Part shown: positions 58,834 to 64,000 of the stretch, in pieces
How positions within the stretch are numbered: the first letter of the stretch is position 1
Layout: each line of letters starts with the position of its first letter
Assembly: GCA_964035575.1 (NCBI GenBank)
Contig: OZ037846.1
Location: forward strand, 558,001 to 622,000
Length of the DNA: 64,000 nucleotides
DNA from: Rhynchopus sp. YZ270_cl-10
Taxonomy: Eukaryota
Direction of reading: 5' to 3'
Notes under the pieces: model-generated
Seen by the model: the letters and a program-made list of their open reading frames with translations, nothing else
What the model was told of the DNA's origin: nothing
The model's database searches: none
Made by a program: the position numbers and the translations under genes

Positions 58834-60567
58834 CTACTTCACGGAACACATCTGAGGGCAACACACAACACTGCACGTCCCAGAAGGAACTGCGTGTGCT
58901 GGTGTGCCAACCCCTCCCGCAGCTGTCCATGCCATAGCAACGTCAAGGTCAGACTGCTCACCACGCAGGTACCCACGCACGGCAATGTTGTACTCCTCCC
59001 AATGCTTCTTCCCACCTATCATGTACATCCACTCGTCAGCTGAAACTGCCGTGTCCTCTTCTTTCGCAATCACTTCCGCCACAACCTGTGCCTCACAGCC
59101 AGAGGCAACCTCCACCTTGCACGGAAGCAGACGCAGCTGGTGTTCGCACTCAGCATCGCTGAAGCACATCCTGTTGCACACCACATCACACCCCAGCATA
59201 CGCCCCACACGTTCCAGCCCGTTCACATCACGCACAAGCTCCCCCACCATGCTGAACCGACGCATCACCTCACAACCCATGTCACCACGCAGCACCTTCC
59301 CAGTCGCAACACCAGCATTCACCTTCTCACAAAAGCTGCTCGCACCCTTCAGAAGCAGGCTTGCTGCGTGCAGTGCAGATGTGGCATGTGTCGCACACTG
59401 CTTCGACGCGTTGAACGAACAGTGGATCCTGTCCCCGATGAACACGTCCACCATCCCACGTCTTGTCTCTGTTGCCTGCAGGGTCTTCAGGAGAAGAGTG
59501 GTGAAGAAGGAGGAGTAGGTCGCACTGTCCTTCTCCAGCAAATGCAGGGTGTCCTTCACGTTCAGTGTCAGCAGGGTTGCCTTCACCGAGGACAGACCCA
59601 GTGGCAGGCACACTGGCAAGTTCTCGAGTCTGCAATGTGAGGACTCTGTGGATGTGTCTGAGCTCTCTGTCAGGTCACCCGCTTCGCTCTCTGAGTGCAT
59701 CTTGTCCACCTCATCCTGAAAAGGCAGACACGTCTTCGGGAGGTACGCTTTGTACATGCGCAGGTTCTTCTCCAGTCTCCACAGGGCAGCAGTCATCCCC
59801 TCAGGCAGGTCACCCCCATGCACGTCCAGCATCTCCGCCACCTGCTCCACGTCGTACCCCGCAAGAAGCGACGCAATCTCCTGCACAACGCTGATCGTGC
59901 GCCTCATTGACTCCTGCTCCTTCAGCACGTTGTGCGCAAACTTGCGTGTTACCGAGAAGTCCACCACGAAGACAGCAAGAGAGGAAAGGGCGCCAAATGG
60001 GGGAAATGGTGTCTTGCAGGGTAAGAACTCGCAGTCTGCCCTTTCGATAACCGCCGCTCTCCTGCTGTGTTCACCTTCGTGCGGTGGCAACCCAGGAATG
60101 TCCAACAAACCAAACCTGAAGGATTCCTCACATGCCATCAGGAGAAGCCACACCACTGTCGCACCCACGAACCATGCACTGTACCGGGATGGGACTTGCA
60201 TCACAAGCAACATGTCCACAACCAGGATTAGCATTGGCCAGGAAAAGTATTCATAAGAGCGTGCGTGCAAATCCCACATGAAGATTCCAATGCCAAAGAT
60301 GTACATGATGCCCACCACAAACGTGGTGTGCAGTTGCTGCTTGCAGAGCACCTTCACAATGCCAACAAACCCAGCTGTGGCGACTATGCAAGACCCAAGT
60401 TCGTGAACAATCTGGTGTTGCGCGTCGGTTTTCTGCTGCAGAAGCAAAGAAAAAACAACAGTTACCACAGCTGCGTACACGCAGAACACGAACATGGTGG
60501 TGCGCTTCTTCGCCTCGTCAGCACTGAGAGACCCGTCAATGGTCAGTGCGCTGTTCAGGCACCGCAT
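58834..60567 (-). CDS. Multi-TM degenerate cyclase protein, copy 6
   Basis: Paralog, ATG at 60567. Confidence 0.85.
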   Translation of the reverse strand: MRCLNSALTIDGSLSADEAKKRTTMFVFCVYAAVVTVVFSLLLQQKTDAQHQIVHELGSCIVATAGFVGIVKVLCKQQLHTTFVVGIMYIFGIGIFMWDLHARSYEYFSWPMLILVVDMLLVMQVPSRYSAWFVGATVVWLLLMACEESFRFGLLDIPGLPPHEGEHSRRAAVIERADCEFLPCKTPFPPFGALSSLAVFVVDFSVTRKFAHNVLKEQESMRRTISVVQEIASLLAGYDVEQVAEMLDVHGGDLPEGMTAALWRLEKNLRMYKAYLPKTCLPFQDEVDKMHSESEAGDLTESSDTSTESSHCRLENLPVCLPLGLSSVKATLLTLNVKDTLHLLEKDSATYSSFFTTLLLKTLQATETRRGMVDVFIGDRIHCSFNASKQCATHATSALHAASLLLKGASSFCEKVNAGVATGKVLRGDMGCEVMRRFSMVGELVRDVNGLERVGRMLGCDVVCNRMCFSDAECEHQLRLLPCKVEVASGCEAQVVAEVIAKEEDTAVSADEWMYMIGGKKHWEEYNIAVRGYLRGEQSDLDVAMAWTAAGGVGTPAHAVPSGTCSVVCCPQMCSVK

Positions 60568-60961
60568 CGTTGGGCCTTTGATCCTCACAAACCTTTGCTA
60601 TGTGTGGAGCAGGGGTGTGTGGATGTGTGTTGTGTGCACTGGTGGGTGGTGTGGGTTTAGTGTTGGGAGAAGGACGTGACCACCACAATCGGGGTACTTT
60701 GCACAGAACTTAATCCCACACGGCACAGGTACCCATTTTAGTGGACTGTTTTGGTGGTGTGTCGGGACCCCGGGACGTCAGGTGGGCTCAAGGCGTAGTC
60801 TCAGATGGTTGTTGAAGACAAGGGGGGAGGAAATTGAAAGTTGGATGTGTCTCGCCTCTTATGCGCAAATCTAAAAAAATATCATAAAAGAACAGTTTAT
60901 GAGATGAACCTAAGCCTATCTGTGCTTAGTCATCTTTGATCAAGAAAACAAAACTAAATAC

Positions 60962-62821
60962 CATACATTGAAATCCCGGGGAGTCACGGGGAGTTTGGCA
61001 AAAAATCAAAAAAAACGAACTCCCCGTGAGTGTTTTTTTGGTTTCGAGAGTTTTCGAGAGTGTTTTTTTTTTTTTTTTACGGAGAGTTTTCGCGATTAAT
61101 CGCGACAAAATTCGCGATTAATCCCCGGGAGTAAAATCGCGATTTTTTGTAGCATTTTACCCCAAACACAACCGTGCACACCTGGTGCTATCCGCATCTG
61201 ACCTGTGCCTACCTGGGCACACGTTCAGTCTACGTACTCACATTACACCTACCGATTGATTCGCAAAATGCACCCACCACGACAGAGGGGTGATAAGCCT
61301 CGCTTTAGGCGGCACAGTGGTGGCGGACATGAGCAAACGAGCCCACAGGTCGATCACAAATGCGACGGGTTAATTCCGCGCTTGGGAATTATCCACACCT
61401 GTTTAAGATATAATTACGCTTAAATTACTCTGGGCGCAAAATGGTACACCATACCAGCACGGAAGCATACCACCACATGAAAGCAGGGCTATTTTAAATA
61501 TGGGGATAAGGAACAAGAAAAGGGTGAAAACGGGTCGAGGCTTCCCGCCGCAGGCGGAAATTTTTAGATGCCGTGCACTTTTCCAGGTGGTTTGAAGAGT
61601 GATCTGACCATATTGTCCCAGTATAGCAGTACACCCAATAAATCCATTGGAGAAGGAACATTGCACTTTTGACCACCACAGAATACATGTTGCCAGCCAC
61701 ACCACTAAAGTACAAAAACCCCCTCGGAACGTAGTGAGAGCTTGTGAAAAAATCTCTCCCCGTTCATAGATGGCCCAGTTTTCGAGATTTTTTCATAAAT
61801 TCGCGATTAATCGCAAATTTTTATTTTATAAATTGGAGAGTTTTCGAGAGTATTTTTTTTAAATCGGGGAGTATTGGAGAGTTTTGGAGAGTTTTGGAGA
61901 GTTTTTTTTAAATTGGAGAGTTTTCGAGAGTTTTTCACAAATTCGCGATTACTGGGGGGGGCCGAATAGTGGACCCCCCCTGAATAGTAGACCCCCCTTG
62001 AATAGTAGACCCCCCCTGGGAATTCTGGGTTTTTTTAAATTTTTTTTCCTTTGAATAGTGGACCCCCCCTGAGAAATTCTGGGGGAAAATTTTTTTTTCC
62101 GTTGAATAGTGGACCCCCCCCCCAGGTTTTCGTTTTTTTTTTTTTTTTTTTTTTTTTTTTTCTTACAATAGTTCTGTAACCTCTCTCTCTTTTACGGCAG
62201 GTAACCGGTTGAGGTGATACTTCCGGACTGAGGAAGGGCATTCTTTTACTTTTTTTATTTTGCCTGGACGGGGATGGGGGCGGCTTTGTCTAGATTGTTT
62301 TTATTTTGTAGTCTTTTGTTGGGTTAAGGGGATTGGCAGACAACACTGAGGACCTCCTTGGGCCACAGCTGTTGGCGTTGTCTAGCTCTACCCGGCTGTA
62401 CACTTTTTTTTGACTTTTTGCGGAAGTCACGGAAAAATTTTAGAGGGGATCAACTACAAATTTCAAATTGATTTTTCTTTCTTTGGATAGATTTTGTGAC
62501 AAATCTTTCCAAAGAAGCAAAAATCAGTATATTTTGACACACCCTATCAGCCTCATCGACAGGAGGGATTTAGTAAAAATACAGAAAAAAAATTTTGGGG
62601 GGGTCTACTATTTAGGGGGGGTCTACTATTCAACTTGGAAAAAAAAATTTTTTTTTCTGAGACCCCCGATTTATACCCGTCGGTTCGCCTAATAGTGGAC
62701 CCGGGGTCTACTATTCGGCCCCCCCCAGTAATCGCGAATTTTTTTTCTTTTTTTTTAATCGCTAAAACTCTCGAAAACACCAGTGGAGAGTCTCCGCGAC
62801 TCCCGGGGATTTCAATGTATG
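60962..62821. mobile_element. Non-autonomous TIR element with 6-bp TSD
   Basis: TIR CATACATTGAAATCCCGGGGAGTC. TSD AAATAC at 60956-60961 and 62822-62827. Confidence 0.82.
61952..62728. mobile_element. TA-TSD MITE nested in 60962-62821
   Basis: TIR CTGGGGGGGGCCGAATAGT, inserted at the TA of the host palindrome TTCGCGAT-TA-ATCGCGAA. Confidence 0.85.
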
Positions 62822-62966
62822 AAATACAGATAATATCTTGTAAAGTTGGGAACGAAATTCCTACATTCGTCACCTTAAAAAACCAAATTCAGGGGACACA
62901 CAGTCCGTAAACCCCCCCCTCCCTGCAAGGCAACGTTTAGCGGTTTTAGTCTTTCTGTTCAAAGAC

Positions 62967-63009
62967 CAGGGCCTTCAACCATCGACAAAGCCTGTCCACA
63001 GTTTTGTCG

Positions 63010-63040
<31 letters not shown>

Positions 63041-63654
63041 GACCTCCCCGAGCCCGCGCGCGCGGGTGCAGCAAAACACAGGGAGAAGCTCTCAGGGGGT
63101 TTATATAGGTTTTGGTCATTTTTGAAAACTCGGTCAGCCAAAAAACTCCGCCTGTCCCACACACGTGTATTTCAACACAAGCAGCATTGGTAGCTTTGTA
63201 GCCACTGGTGATCCACAAGCCGTAGTGGGTATACCTGTCTTATCAGTAAGCTCAGTACATTTATAACAACGAAAGTCCCTGGCGAAGCCACGGTACGCAA
63301 CATTTCAAATATTGCGCATACCATGGCGCTTTATTTACAGCCAAACTATGTCATGGGAAGGGTGGGATGCCTGCTTGCGCCGCAGGCGCACGGTACGCTA
63401 CTTTTGCCTGGCTCACTCCTCGTTGAGTTCTACGAGCTCCGTCCAAATGGTCACAGTGGATCACAGGAGAATGTTAAAGTTAAAACCCTGAACCGAGTTT
63501 CTCCCGTGGACCACCCTGTAACTCGGTCAGAGATAAAAGGATTTTGCCAAAATCCCATATTTTTTTTAGATTTGTCGAACTTCGACAAAAAAAAAAAACA
63601 AAAATAAAAAAGTTGTCGAAGTTAAGGCTTAACTTCGACACGTTGAAGGCCCTG
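62967..63654. mobile_element. hAT-like MITE
   Basis: TIR CAGGGCCTTCAAC / GTTGAAGGCCCTG. Left flank TCAAAGAC; right flank TCAAAG is then interrupted by a CAGGGG-starting sequence at 63661. Confidence 0.7.
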
Positions 63655-63718
63655 TCAAAGCAGGGGCTCCGCTACCGTATAAAGTTCTGTTGCGGCGCAA
63701 CAGAAGTCTGAAAAAAAG

Positions 63719-63759
<41 letters not shown>

Positions 63760-64000
63760 TGGTGCTTGAACCACGGGAGTACCATGTGGAACTGGGTTGC
63801 TGACCGCACCATCCAGGCTGTACCTCAATTTTTTTTTTTGCCTGCGGCGCTATTTTTCCTTTTTTGCTCCGCAAAAAAGGATTCGATGTGTGACTCTGTG
63901 CTGAAAAAGCTAGATTTTTACACCGTACCCTAAATTTTTTTCGCCTGCGGCGCCATTTGTTTGATTTTTTTTTGCTCCGCAAAAAAAAAATACAGTTCCC

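Noticed and set aside
44300..60256. Plus-strand ORFs overlapping the protease and cyclase-like genes
   Set aside because: Antisense shadows that recur only because the sense genes are duplicated or codon-biased.

Overview
Eukaryotic nuclear DNA, probably from a euglenozoan such as a diplonemid. This is an inference from GT-AG introns with A/C-rich acceptors, all host genes lying on the minus strand, and the gene families present. Host genes: two PH-domain AGC (Akt/SGK-like) kinase paralogs with shared intron positions, a hybrid-cluster protein with a mitochondrial-type presequence, a single ORF fusing an NAA80-like GNAT acetyltransferase to an ACTMAP-like cysteine protease, a papain-family protease, and six tandem multi-TM proteins with a degenerate class III cyclase domain. 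Much of the rest is mobile DNA. This includes a DIRS-type RT-RNase H-only cassette with a structured repeat array, bounded by an 18-bp direct repeat whose empty site is also in the window. It also includes an apparently intact intron-containing hAT element, 1-3.7 kb palindromic hAT-like elements stacked in poly-G tracts, three TIR elements stacked at an ATATAT site, Tc1- and Mutator-like elements, 6-7 bp-TSD MITEs and short dispersed repeats. No rRNA, tRNA or CRISPR array was recognised. All family calls come from motif recognition by eye; no searches were run.
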